Part shown: piece after piece, positions 1 through 9,494 of the stretch | Position numbering within the stretch: the stretch's first letter is position 1 | Layout of the letters: the number at the start of each line of letters is the position of its first letter | Assembly: GCA_041665405.1 (NCBI GenBank) | Contig: JBAYIZ010000004.1 | Span: 3,958 to 67,957 of the forward strand | Source: Candidatus Magasanikiibacteriota bacterium | Lineage (GTDB): Bacteria > Patescibacteriota > Patescibacteriia > Magasanikbacterales > GWA2-37-8 | Length of the DNA: 64,000 bases | Direction of reading: 5' to 3' | Made by a program: the position numbers and the translations under genes | The notes under the pieces: model-generated | Seen by the model: only the letters and a program-made list of their open reading frames with translations | The model's database searches: none | Told to the model about the DNA's origin: nothing

Positions 1-251
1 AGTTTATGTATTCCCCAATGGTAATTGTCATAAGAAATATTAGCGACTTCCAACAAGACATTTTCAGTATGTTTCAACACCCGACGGTTTTCGCTACATA
101 ATTGGAATTTAGATAAATCAATGCGCAAACTTCTAGTTTGATTCAGATCTCCTTTTCCAGTTCGGGTAAACAAATAACCCTCATTATAAAGTGAGTTCAG
201 ATTACTATCGGAAAAGTTGGTCGTTTTTTTTGAGTTCCAATTTAAATACAT
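1..251 (-). CDS. Hypothetical protein, 5' part (runs off window); weak resemblance to the Arg/Leu-tRNA-protein transferase (ATE/Bpt) N-terminus
   Basis: Manual translation from ATG 251: MYLNWNSKKTTNFSDSNLNSLYNEGYLFTRTGKGDLNQTRSLRIDLSKFQLCSENRRVLK..., open to window edge. Confidence 0.5.
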   Translation of the reverse strand, partial: MYLNWNSKKTTNFSDSNLNSLYNEGYLFTRTGKGDLNQTRSLRIDLSKFQLCSENRRVLKHTENVLLEVANISYDNYHWGIHK

Positions 252-261
252 GTTAGAAGAT

Positions 262-431
262 TATTTTGAATTTTGTTTTTTTTAATATTGAACAAGCGAG
301 GCAATAATTTGTAGACAAGTAAAGCGTGGCTGTCTCTGCTGTTTGAGCCCAAGGGCGAGTTCAGAGACAGAGCGACACGAGTCACAAATTATCCGAGCGG
401 TTCACAATTAAAAAAAATAAAATTCAAAATA
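262..431. repeat. ~170-bp imperfect inverted repeat (MITE/REP-like hairpin element)
   Basis: Arms TATTTTGAATTTTGTTTTTTTTAAT / ATTAAAAAAAATAAAATTCAAAATA; inner pairings ATAATTTGT/ACAAATTAT and CTGTCTCTG/CAGAGACAG. Confidence 0.7.
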
Positions 432-446
432 TGATGCTATAGGATT

Positions 447-1562
447 TTATTTATAAACAGCCATCCAAATACCAACCACAACCACTAACGCGTGTAAAAT
501 CCAAAACCGCATTACAATTTTTTCTTCACCCCACCCCTTAAATTCTAAGTGGTGGTGTAGAGGGGCCATTTTAAATAAACGACGTCCAAACAATCTGCGT
601 GAAAAAACTTGTAAAATCACCACAATAGTTTCCAAATAAAAAATAAATCCAAAAATTGGAATATATAAAGTCTTATCTATGGAAATCATGTTAATAGCTA
701 ACAACGCGCCAAGACCCAGTGACCCCACATCTCCCATTTGAAATCGCGCTGGCTTAACATTGAAATATGTATAAGCCAATAGTGACCCAGCAACAGTCGC
801 ATTGAGTGGGGCAAAAGCGGTACGTCCTTCAATACAACTAATGACAGTGAGAGCAACAAAAGTAATCAACAATGATCCTCCAGCCAATCCATCCAACCCA
901 TCCGCAATATTTACCGCATTGGCAGTAAACATTACAAAGAAAATAATGATCGGCACAATCCACATACCGACAGAGATACGACCATCAAAAGGAATAGATA
1001 GAGAATGCCAATGAGGATCAAGTTTGGTATACACCCACCAAGCGGCCACAGCGCCAGCCAAAAATTGAAAGATTAATTTTTCATGAACTTGAATGCCGCG
1101 ACCAGGATGTGATCCGAGCATGTGAGTGAGATGTTTGAAAAATTCCCATGGTAAGATCAAAACAAGCCAAACTCGCATGTACCAATGACGGTGAATTTTT
1201 ATTAAAGTGAGAGTTTGCTTCAATGTTCGCAAACGGCGCTTCGCACCAAAAATATTTAACAAATCATCCGCGGCGCCAAGTAAAGCGGCGATGGTCATTA
1301 CACCAATAGGAACGTAGGTATATTTTCTATTCCAATTAAATATCAATGTTATTACCGTCACAACAAGAATTACCAAAAGACCACCCATAACTGGCGTGCC
1401 AATTTTTATTTGGCGGTCGCCGTATAATGTAAAATCATAATCAGAACGACGAGTAATTTTGAATTTATACAAAATTTTAGTCAAAATCGGTGCAAACAAA
1501 AAAGATAGCAAACAAGCGCCGATAAAAAACAACAAAGAGTTTTGTAATAAAGAAATTTCCAT
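447..1562 (-). CDS. mraY: Phospho-N-acetylmuramoyl-pentapeptide transferase
   Basis: GTPVMGG, DD pair, NAVNIADGLDGL, FQMGDVGSL, MAPLHHHLE motifs; next to murF. Confidence 0.9.
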   Translation of the reverse strand: MEISLLQNSLLFFIGACLLSFLFAPILTKILYKFKITRRSDYDFTLYGDRQIKIGTPVMGGLLVILVVTVITLIFNWNRKYTYVPIGVMTIAALLGAADDLLNIFGAKRRLRTLKQTLTLIKIHRHWYMRVWLVLILPWEFFKHLTHMLGSHPGRGIQVHEKLIFQFLAGAVAAWWVYTKLDPHWHSLSIPFDGRISVGMWIVPIIIFFVMFTANAVNIADGLDGLAGGSLLITFVALTVISCIEGRTAFAPLNATVAGSLLAYTYFNVKPARFQMGDVGSLGLGALLAINMISIDKTLYIPIFGFIFYLETIVVILQVFSRRLFGRRLFKMAPLHHHLEFKGWGEEKIVMRFWILHALVVVVGIWMAVYK

Positions 1563-1607
1563 GGGTAAATATTACTCCAAGCTAGCCAAAAAATCAAGCC
1601 AATTCGT

Positions 1608-2900
1608 TTAACTTAGCCATTCTTTGGTTTGTCGTACTAGTAATTTTGGGGCATCCAACGGTTCGGCCATTACTTCTTTGACTATTTTTTCCATCCGCAA
1701 TCCTTGGGATCCCTTGACGAGTGCCACATCTCCGCGATGTAATTTCTCTTGTAAAAATTTACCTGCGCTGACACTTTCTGCAAAAGAAACAATCTGATTG
1801 TCATCCAAACCAGCTTCGCGTGCCGCGATAGCCGTGTGTTTGCTAGCTTCGCCCACAGTGATGAGAAAATCAATACCCAGCTCGGCTACTTTGAAACCAA
1901 TTTCGCGGTGAGCATTTTCAGTCTCAGTCCCAAGCTCAAGCATATCCGATAAAACAGCAATACGTTTTGCTCCATCAGCAACATTAATTTTGGACAAAGT
2001 AGACAATGCCGATTTGACCGGTTCAGGGCTAGAGTTATATGTGTCGTCAATCAATAAGGTATTTTTTATGCCATCAATGATTCGCATATGACCAGCTAAT
2101 GGTTCGAGGTTGTTTAAGGCTTGTACTGAATCAATCACGTTAATCCCCAAAATATGCCCCACAGCAATCGCCGCCAAAGCAGACGGTATCATATGTTCGG
2201 CGATAGCCCCTGGTAAAAAGACTGGTACAATGTTGCCCTTAAAATTTAATTTAAAATTCAACCCAGTTGGCCAATTGGTTTTTTCATCCGTAATAACATT
2301 GACATCTGTCGCTTTAAAATCGGCGCCTTCTTTGAAACCATAAGTTACAATTTCAGCTTTGGTAGTGTTAGCGTTTTGCATTACTAGTTCATTGTCAAAA
2401 TTTAGCACTGCAAAGCCATCTTGTTGCAAATGTGAAATAATTACGCGTTTTTCTTGGGCAATTTTTTTAATAGTTTTGAATGCCTCGGTGTGAACATGAG
2501 AAATATAAGTCAGCACGCCAATTTTGCAAGGTGCAATATCAATAAGATAGGGGATATCACCAGGTTTGTCCGCTCCCATTTCCAAAACTAAAATTTCTGG
2601 ATAATTTTTATCTTTGATGAGTAACAAATTTTTTGCCTTACAAAATACTTTCATCCAACCAAAAATAGAACTACCAGGAGTTTTTTCAATGCCAATGATG
2701 GTCAAAGGCATCCCAACCTCATTATTATAATTTTTTTGGCTTTTGCGGACATTAAATTTATTTTCCAACACCGCCGCAATCGCTTCCTTGGTGGAACTCT
2801 TACCAATCGATCCAGTAATCCCAATCACATCCGGTCGATATTTTTTAATAATCCTTTTGGAAAAATATTTTAACATCGCATGCAACATCGTTTTAAACAT
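1608..2900 (-). CDS. murF: UDP-MurNAc-tripeptide--D-Ala-D-Ala ligase
   Basis: GITGSIGKSSTKE, NYNNEVGMPLT, LEMGAD, DDTYNSSP, DMLELG, VKGSQG motifs. Confidence 0.92.
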   Translation of the reverse strand: MFKTMLHAMLKYFSKRIIKKYRPDVIGITGSIGKSSTKEAIAAVLENKFNVRKSQKNYNNEVGMPLTIIGIEKTPGSSIFGWMKVFCKAKNLLLIKDKNYPEILVLEMGADKPGDIPYLIDIAPCKIGVLTYISHVHTEAFKTIKKIAQEKRVIISHLQQDGFAVLNFDNELVMQNANTTKAEIVTYGFKEGADFKATDVNVITDEKTNWPTGLNFKLNFKGNIVPVFLPGAIAEHMIPSALAAIAVGHILGINVIDSVQALNNLEPLAGHMRIIDGIKNTLLIDDTYNSSPEPVKSALSTLSKINVADGAKRIAVLSDMLELGTETENAHREIGFKVAELGIDFLITVGEASKHTAIAAREAGLDDNQIVSFAESVSAGKFLQEKLHRGDVALVKGSQGLRMEKIVKEVMAEPLDAPKLLVRQTKEWLS

Positions 2901-2928
2901 AAAATAATAATTTCTAATTAATTAACCA

Positions 2929-3050
2929 GCTGAAAAATATATTAATTTTCGCCGCGCGAATTGTCCGAAGTGGCGAGAATACTAGTGCTGTCTAACAAAC
3001 GTCAAATTCGCCACAAGTCTGAGCGCAAGAAAATTCATATATTTTTCAGC
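2929..3050. repeat. ~120-bp imperfect inverted repeat (MITE/REP-like)
   Basis: GCTGAAAAATATATTAATTTTC ... GAAAATTCATATATTTTTCAGC; inner GTGGCGA/TCGCCAC. Confidence 0.7.
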
Positions 3051-3077
3051 GCTCCAACGGAATTAAGATAAAATAAA

Positions 3078-4805
3078 TCAACGATCTGTTGGCACCACAT
3101 AATACTGCAATGCAAATTTCATTAAATCTCGAAAAACAAACAAAGAAGTCTGTTCTGCCCACTGTCTTTGCGGCTCTTCATATTTTACCACCAAAACAAA
3201 CTGAGGGTTAGTGGCCGGTGCAAAACCAGCGAAAGTGTGGTTGGTACGTTCATCACTATATCCACCAGTCTCAGCGATTTGGGCGGTACCTGTTTTACCT
3301 GCTACATAATATCCATCGACTTTTGCAATTTTGTAATGATTTTCCACTACCGATGTCAACATCCCACTCATCAATTTGGCAGTGCGTTCAGAAATTACTC
3401 GCACAGATTTTTCAGTAGGTGTGACTTCTTTTTGTCCATTGGGGTATCTAGTTTCGGCCACAATAAATGGTTTTGGTAAAAGCCCCTTATTAGCAATTGC
3501 ACTATAAGCGGCGGCTAGCTGTATTGGGGTGACAGTGAGACCTTGCCCAAACGAACCTACTGCGCCGAACACTTCACCTTTTCTTTCCAAAGAAGAAACA
3601 TCTCCTGTGGCTTCCGGACCAAGCTCAATTCCAGTTTTTTCTCCGAAACCAAATTTTTTTACATAATCACCTAAACGGGTATGTCCCAATTTTTCTTCTA
3701 CAAAAATCATACCAGTGTTGATTGAATTTTCCAACACCTGTGTCATAGTTTGAGTGCCGTAACATTTGCTCATAGCGTTTCTGATAGAGTAACCATTGAT
3801 AACTCGCACACAGGGATCGTTAAAGGTAGTGTTGGGTGAAACCAATCCCAAATCTACACCCGCCGCCATGGTGACTGGTTTGAATACTGAACCAGGTTCA
3901 TAGGGGGCAAAAATAGTGTTGTTACTAAAGGCTCTCAAATCTTTCACTTCAGAATATTTGTTGGGATCAAAATCTGGCAAACTACACATGGCCAAAATTG
4001 CACCAGTTTTTGGATTCATCATCACTAGCGAGGCACTTTTTGCTTGATATTCTTCCAACCCTTTTTGGAGCAATTCACAGGCTTTGTATTCTAGTGAGCG
4101 ATCTATGGTCAAAAGTAAATCAGCACCGTCTTGGGCGTTTACCTGAGAATGCATTGCCATTGTAATCCAACTTCCAAGAGCTCCGCGTTCTCCAGAGATG
4201 AAACCTTGACGTCCGGTTAAAATTTTATCCCAATAACCTTCGACACCGTAGTTGCCAATCTGTTGGGTACCTTCATCATTTAGTCGGCAAAAACCCAAAA
4301 TGGAAGCCGCGGTATTTTCTTCTGGATAATAACGGTATTCTTGGGGAGTAGAATAAATGCCATCCAATTTTTCTAATTTTAATTTTTCTATTGTGTCGCT
4401 ATCGATTTTTTTTACCACTGGCTCATATGGGTCGTTTGGTTTTGCCAGTTTAATGTTTAATATCTCGCGGTCAGTTTCAGGTAGTGATAGTATCTGTATT
4501 AATTTATCAACTGTACTTGAAACATTTTCTAGCTTAATTTCACTAGGTACAGCATAGACCAAAAAATATTGACGATTTATAGCCGCTGGAAATTCTTGTT
4601 TATTTCTAGTATCTTGAAAAAAAATCTCGCCACGTTTGGGGTGGAGTTGCTGATAAATTTCATGAGATGAAAGTGCAAACGTACGATAGTATTCTACTTG
4701 GATTATCTGCAATACAAATAATTTCCCGATAATACCAATAGTGACGACGATAAAGAAAATCGCGATTATGCGCAGGCGTTGGTTGTTTTTTTCTTGGTGT
4801 TGCAT
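3078..4805 (-). CDS. Class B penicillin-binding protein (FtsI/PBP2 family)
   Basis: N-terminal TM, PGSVFK (SxxK), SIN (SxN), KTGT motifs. Confidence 0.9.
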   Translation of the reverse strand: MQHQEKNNQRLRIIAIFFIVVTIGIIGKLFVLQIIQVEYYRTFALSSHEIYQQLHPKRGEIFFQDTRNKQEFPAAINRQYFLVYAVPSEIKLENVSSTVDKLIQILSLPETDREILNIKLAKPNDPYEPVVKKIDSDTIEKLKLEKLDGIYSTPQEYRYYPEENTAASILGFCRLNDEGTQQIGNYGVEGYWDKILTGRQGFISGERGALGSWITMAMHSQVNAQDGADLLLTIDRSLEYKACELLQKGLEEYQAKSASLVMMNPKTGAILAMCSLPDFDPNKYSEVKDLRAFSNNTIFAPYEPGSVFKPVTMAAGVDLGLVSPNTTFNDPCVRVINGYSIRNAMSKCYGTQTMTQVLENSINTGMIFVEEKLGHTRLGDYVKKFGFGEKTGIELGPEATGDVSSLERKGEVFGAVGSFGQGLTVTPIQLAAAYSAIANKGLLPKPFIVAETRYPNGQKEVTPTEKSVRVISERTAKLMSGMLTSVVENHYKIAKVDGYYVAGKTGTAQIAETGGYSDERTNHTFAGFAPATNPQFVLVVKYEEPQRQWAEQTSLFVFRDLMKFALQYYVVPTDR

Positions 4806-4806
4806 T

Positions 4807-5814
4807 TTAAAAAGACTGTTTCAAAATATTTTTTAAGGTAATTTCTGGATTGGCATTTTTCCAAACTATCTGATACACAGCCTGAGCCAGTGGCATTTTT
4901 ATCTTATATTTTTTTGCCAAGGCCAAGGTGATTTTGCAGGCGCTGACCCCTTCAACTATTTGCCCAATTTCTTTAGTGGCTGACTCTTTATTAGGATGTT
5001 TTGGGAGACATTGACCAAAACGACGGTTTCGCGATTGAACAGAAAAAGCGGTATCTATGAGATCTCCTAGTCCAGCCAAATCATTTACAATTTCTTCGCG
5101 TCCGCCCATTTTTTTGATTATGGTTCTCATCTCTTTAATTGCCAAAACTATAATAGCTGCTTTGGTGTTCATAGGCCAATGATAGTAGTCTGCTATTCCG
5201 ATAGCGATGGCATAAATGTTTTTAAATGACCCCGCTATCTCTGTGCCGATAATGTCAGTTGTTTCTTTTAGACGTAAATTATCATTGCACAAAACTTTTT
5301 TCACAAATTTTATTGTTTCACTATTTTTGCTCGAAATATTCATTGCCGTAAAATCTCCATTGGCCATATCGAAAGCAATTGCAGGTCCAGAAATAGTGGA
5401 GACCAAAGGTCGAGAATGACTGGGAATGTTTTTTTGAATTACGGAAGTCATGATATTCAAAGTTTTTTCCTCTACTCCTTTGGAGACATCAACGCAAATA
5501 GTTTTTGGCGACATAAATTTGGCCGCGCGTTTTATTATATCAAGCATGCAATTACTAGGTAGTACGAAAAAAATTATTTTGGCATCACGTATTACCATTT
5601 CCAGATTTTTTTCCGCGATAATATTGTGGGATAGTTTTATACCCGCTAAAAATTTTTTATTTTCATGTAGATTGTTGATTTGTTCAAGCGGTTCCACATC
5701 ACCTTCGTAATTCCAAATCTTTATTTTATAGCCATTTGATCCGATAATTTGAGCGATGGCTGTACCCATATTTCCAGCTCCTAATACAGCGATGGAAAGA
5801 TTATTTTTAGACAT
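4807..5814 (-). CDS. gpsA: NAD(P)H-dependent glycerol-3-phosphate dehydrogenase
   Basis: GAGNMG Rossmann, SKG, SGP, KNIYAI, AGLGDL, SRNRRFG motifs. Confidence 0.92.
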   Translation of the reverse strand: MSKNNLSIAVLGAGNMGTAIAQIIGSNGYKIKIWNYEGDVEPLEQINNLHENKKFLAGIKLSHNIIAEKNLEMVIRDAKIIFFVLPSNCMLDIIKRAAKFMSPKTICVDVSKGVEEKTLNIMTSVIQKNIPSHSRPLVSTISGPAIAFDMANGDFTAMNISSKNSETIKFVKKVLCNDNLRLKETTDIIGTEIAGSFKNIYAIAIGIADYYHWPMNTKAAIIVLAIKEMRTIIKKMGGREEIVNDLAGLGDLIDTAFSVQSRNRRFGQCLPKHPNKESATKEIGQIVEGVSACKITLALAKKYKIKMPLAQAVYQIVWKNANPEITLKNILKQSF

Positions 5815-5834
5815 AGTTATTTAATTAAATTATT

Positions 5835-6878
5835 TTATAAATTTTTATTAGCTAATTGACCACAAGCCGCATCAATGTCTAAGCCTTGAGAACGGCGAAT
5901 GGTACAGGTAATATCGTGGTCGTTCATTTTCTTTTGCCAGGTTTGGATAGTGACAAAGTCTGTTCCTTGGAACATATCGTTACAGCCGCTGGCATTGTAG
6001 GGGATTAAGTTGACGCGTATAGACCCCAATTTTAAAACTAATTTAATTAATGCATTGAGATGTTTGATATCATCATTAATTCCTTTTAACATTATATATT
6101 CCAAACCAATAAAATGAGTGCGGCTAGGAAAAGCGGTGTGATATTTTTTTGACCACTCCACCAAGAAATCCAAAAAACTAGGACGATTGGACGGAATGAC
6201 TGCTGAACGACTTTCGGATAAAGCACTATGTAGTGACAGGGCAAATCGCACAGAAGGAAAATCTTTTTCTGTTACCATCTTTTCCATACTCTCTGGAACG
6301 CCGACAGTCGACATAGTAATTTTGCGTGGTCCGATTTTGGCGTATTTTATTAAAATAGCCAACGCCAATTTTACATTTTCATAGTTGAGTAATGGTTCTC
6401 CTTGCCCCATCAATACAATATTTTCTACTTCACCGTCACCTGGTTCTTGCCACATCATTTGTTGCCAAAAACGAATCTGATCAATGATTTCTCGGTAGGT
6501 AAGATTGCGTTTGAAGCCAAGTTTGCCAGTGGCGCAAAAAGCACAACCCATAGGACAACCAACTTGAGAAGAGATACAAACTGTATAACGTAACTCGCCA
6601 CTCTGATCTAGTTTTTTACTAGCTCGTGGCATTAAAACCGTTTCGATAATTTGTCCGTCAGACAGTTCGAGTAGGGCTTTACGTGTGCCGTCATTTTGAC
6701 TAGTCTGTAAAACTTTTTGTTTGACAGTCATCCAAGGTTCGTCAGTTAGTTGTTCGCGTAAATTTTTGGATAGAGTAGTGATCTCAGAAAAATCGTGAAT
6801 GTTTTTATCAAACCAAGCGAGATAAATTTGATCACGCCTATAAGCCGGTTCAGATTTTATTTTTTCTTCCAAAGACAT
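5835..6878 (-). CDS. rlmN: 23S rRNA/tRNA m2A methyltransferase, radical SAM
   Basis: CISSQVGCPMGCAFC, MGQGEP, SLH, DIDAACGQL. Confidence 0.9.
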   Translation of the reverse strand: MSLEEKIKSEPAYRRDQIYLAWFDKNIHDFSEITTLSKNLREQLTDEPWMTVKQKVLQTSQNDGTRKALLELSDGQIIETVLMPRASKKLDQSGELRYTVCISSQVGCPMGCAFCATGKLGFKRNLTYREIIDQIRFWQQMMWQEPGDGEVENIVLMGQGEPLLNYENVKLALAILIKYAKIGPRKITMSTVGVPESMEKMVTEKDFPSVRFALSLHSALSESRSAVIPSNRPSFLDFLVEWSKKYHTAFPSRTHFIGLEYIMLKGINDDIKHLNALIKLVLKLGSIRVNLIPYNASGCNDMFQGTDFVTIQTWQKKMNDHDITCTIRRSQGLDIDAACGQLANKNL

Positions 6879-6881
6879 AAT

Positions 6882-9401
6882 TTATTGATTTTTTATTTTT
6901 TTTATTACGAAAGTTGTTAGTGTCATAGCAATTATTGGTATAACGCAGAGAAGTAAAATTTGATTTAAATTTAATGTTTCAATATGAAATATACTGTGCA
7001 AAGCAGGGATGTATATGATTAATGCTAAAACAAAAATTGTCGCGACAGAAATAGACAACAACAATATGTTGCTTTTTATTTGTTCCCATTCGCGACTAAT
7101 TAAAATTATTAAGGTTTGAGATATTATTAATGAAGCAAAAGCCATCGTGCGTCCGATATCCACTTGCCCCAAATTTATAGCATAATAGTAATAAAATCCA
7201 AATGAGACCGCCAAGATTGAAAAGCCCTGCAATAAAATTTTGTTGATCAATCGTAAGTTAATAAGTGATTCGTTGGTAGGTCGTGGTTTTTCGATCATTA
7301 AATTTTGTCTGGCTTTTTCGCGTTCAAAACCAAGTACAGCGGCTGGATCACAAAATAATTCCAAGAAAATAATATTGATTGGTAAAAAAACTAATGGTTT
7401 ACCAAATAATAATGGCAAAATTGCCAATCCGACTATTGGTAAATGAAATGAAAATAAAAATACAAAAGCTTGGCGCAGGTTGTCATAAATTCGGCGCCCT
7501 TCTTTTATGGCTTTGACGATGGTGGCGAAATTATCATCCATTAAAACTATGCCAGCGGCCGCGCGCGCTACCTCTGTGCCTTTTTGTCCCATAGCGATTC
7601 CGATGTTGGCTTTTTTTAAGGCCGGCGCATCGTTGACTCCGTCTCCGGTCATAGCTACTATTTCTCCCATGCTTTGCAAAGCTTCTACGATGGCAAATTT
7701 TTGTTCTGGTTTTACACGAGTAAAAATATCGTGGCGTCGGATAATTTCTTTCAAAGCATCCTCGGATAGTCCGTCTAGATCAGAACCAATAATGATTTGC
7801 TCGTTATGTTTTAGTCCAATATTTTCGGCAATATTGTGGGCGGTGAGTTTGTTGTCGCCAGTGATCATAATTACCCTAATGCCAGCTTTTTGACAGGTAT
7901 CTATGGCTTCCTTTACTCCAATGCGCGGTGGATCACTCATAGCCAACAGCCCAACAAATTCCATGTTTTTTACTTCTATTGATTGGTCATCATTACAATC
8001 TCGTTTGGCTACACCGATTACTCGGTAGCCATTACTGGCCATACTTTCATATGCTCTTTCTGCTTTAATTTTTTCTTCGGTAGAAAGCACACTGTTGTTG
8101 ATGATAAATTCAGGCGCACCAGCACTATATTGTGTGCATGAATTTTCTTTGTCTTTCCACAGATGATGAACCATTTTATTTTTTGATTCAAATGGTAGGT
8201 CTTGAAGTAAAGTATGTTCTCGGAAAAACAAGGAAACATCAATACCAATTTCGGAGGCAAAATTTTGCATTTCTATTTCCATCGGATCAATCGCGATTTG
8301 TTCCAGTGACAATAGAGAAGTTTTGATTAAAGGTAAAAATTTAGTTGAATTTTTTTTGATTTCTTTTACTTCATGTGTTTCACCTTGAAAAAATATTTGT
8401 TCCAAAGCCATTTTGCCTTCTGTCAATGTGCCGGTTTTGTCGGTACAAATAACCGTAGCCGATCCGAGTGTTTCTACCATTGCCATTTCGCGAGTCAAGG
8501 CATTTTGTTTGGTCATACGCCAGACACCCATAATCAAAAATACACTGAAAACGACAGGGAATTCTTCGGGTATCAAAGACATAGCCATAGTCAATCCACT
8601 TAGTAAACCTTGAGCCCAGTTTTCTCTAATACCAATAAATAACCCAACTATGATAGATATAGCCACAGCGATAATCGCCACGGTCTTTACCAGTGAATGT
8701 ATTTTTTTCTGTAATGGTGTGTCTGTCTGTTTTATTTTTTCTAATAAATTTCCTAGTTTTCCATAATCAGTATGACCGCCAGTGGCCGCGACCACAAATG
8801 TACCTTCGCCTTGAACGACCATTGTTCCTTGAAATAATTTGTTTTCATCCACCATATTGTCATCCTCGCGAAAGCGGGGATCTACAGAACTTTTTTGAGC
8901 GGCAATTGATTCTCCGGTGAGCATGGCTTCGTCTACCAACAGACCAAAAGAATTTAGTAAAAATCCATCCGCCGGGACTTTATCGCCAGCAGTTACATAA
9001 ATTAAATCTCCTGGAAATATATTTTTTGCTTCTATTTTTTTTACTTGGCTATCACGATAAACTTCACAAAATTCTACCATCATTTTGTCCAAGGCCTTTA
9101 TCGCTTCGTCGGTGCGTTGTTCTTGAAAAAACTGAATTATTAAAATTGGAATAATGGAAATCAATAAAATTATAGTATCAATTTTGTCACCAATAAAGAA
9201 ATAAACCATAGCGGCTATCAAAAGCAAGAGTATCATCGGTTCACTAATAATACCCCATGCAGAACTCAGCCAAGTTTTGCGTTTGCCAATCGGTCGGATG
9301 TTGAGCCCGTATTTTTCTTGAGCTGTTTTGGCTTGATCTGTGGTTAATCCCTTATAATTGGTGCCTTGAGGTAGAACTTCTTTTAAAATTTCATCTATCA
9401 T
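6882..9401 (-). CDS. Cation-transporting P-type ATPase (P2/Ca2+-like)
   Basis: TGES, IPEE, DKTGT, TGDN, TGDGVNDAPAL. Confidence 0.93.
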   Translation of the reverse strand: MIDEILKEVLPQGTNYKGLTTDQAKTAQEKYGLNIRPIGKRKTWLSSAWGIISEPMILLLLIAAMVYFFIGDKIDTIILLISIIPILIIQFFQEQRTDEAIKALDKMMVEFCEVYRDSQVKKIEAKNIFPGDLIYVTAGDKVPADGFLLNSFGLLVDEAMLTGESIAAQKSSVDPRFREDDNMVDENKLFQGTMVVQGEGTFVVAATGGHTDYGKLGNLLEKIKQTDTPLQKKIHSLVKTVAIIAVAISIIVGLFIGIRENWAQGLLSGLTMAMSLIPEEFPVVFSVFLIMGVWRMTKQNALTREMAMVETLGSATVICTDKTGTLTEGKMALEQIFFQGETHEVKEIKKNSTKFLPLIKTSLLSLEQIAIDPMEIEMQNFASEIGIDVSLFFREHTLLQDLPFESKNKMVHHLWKDKENSCTQYSAGAPEFIINNSVLSTEEKIKAERAYESMASNGYRVIGVAKRDCNDDQSIEVKNMEFVGLLAMSDPPRIGVKEAIDTCQKAGIRVIMITGDNKLTAHNIAENIGLKHNEQIIIGSDLDGLSEDALKEIIRRHDIFTRVKPEQKFAIVEALQSMGEIVAMTGDGVNDAPALKKANIGIAMGQKGTEVARAAAGIVLMDDNFATIVKAIKEGRRIYDNLRQAFVFLFSFHLPIVGLAILPLLFGKPLVFLPINIIFLELFCDPAAVLGFEREKARQNLMIEKPRPTNESLINLRLINKILLQGFSILAVSFGFYYYYAINLGQVDIGRTMAFASLIISQTLIILISREWEQIKSNILLLSISVATIFVLALIIYIPALHSIFHIETLNLNQILLLCVIPIIAMTLTTFVIKKIKNQ

Positions 9402-9456
9402 AATATAGTTATTTATCCACTTATTTTATCAGAAAAAACCCCCAAACACAAGCAAT

Positions 9457-9486
9457 AAAAAACCTCCCCAGCAATAGGGAGGTTTT
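9457..9486 (-). terminator. Intrinsic terminator after the aminotransferase gene
   Basis: AAAACCTCCC...GGGAGGTTTT hairpin with T-run on the minus strand. Confidence 0.65.
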
Positions 9487-9494
9487 GTGTCAAT

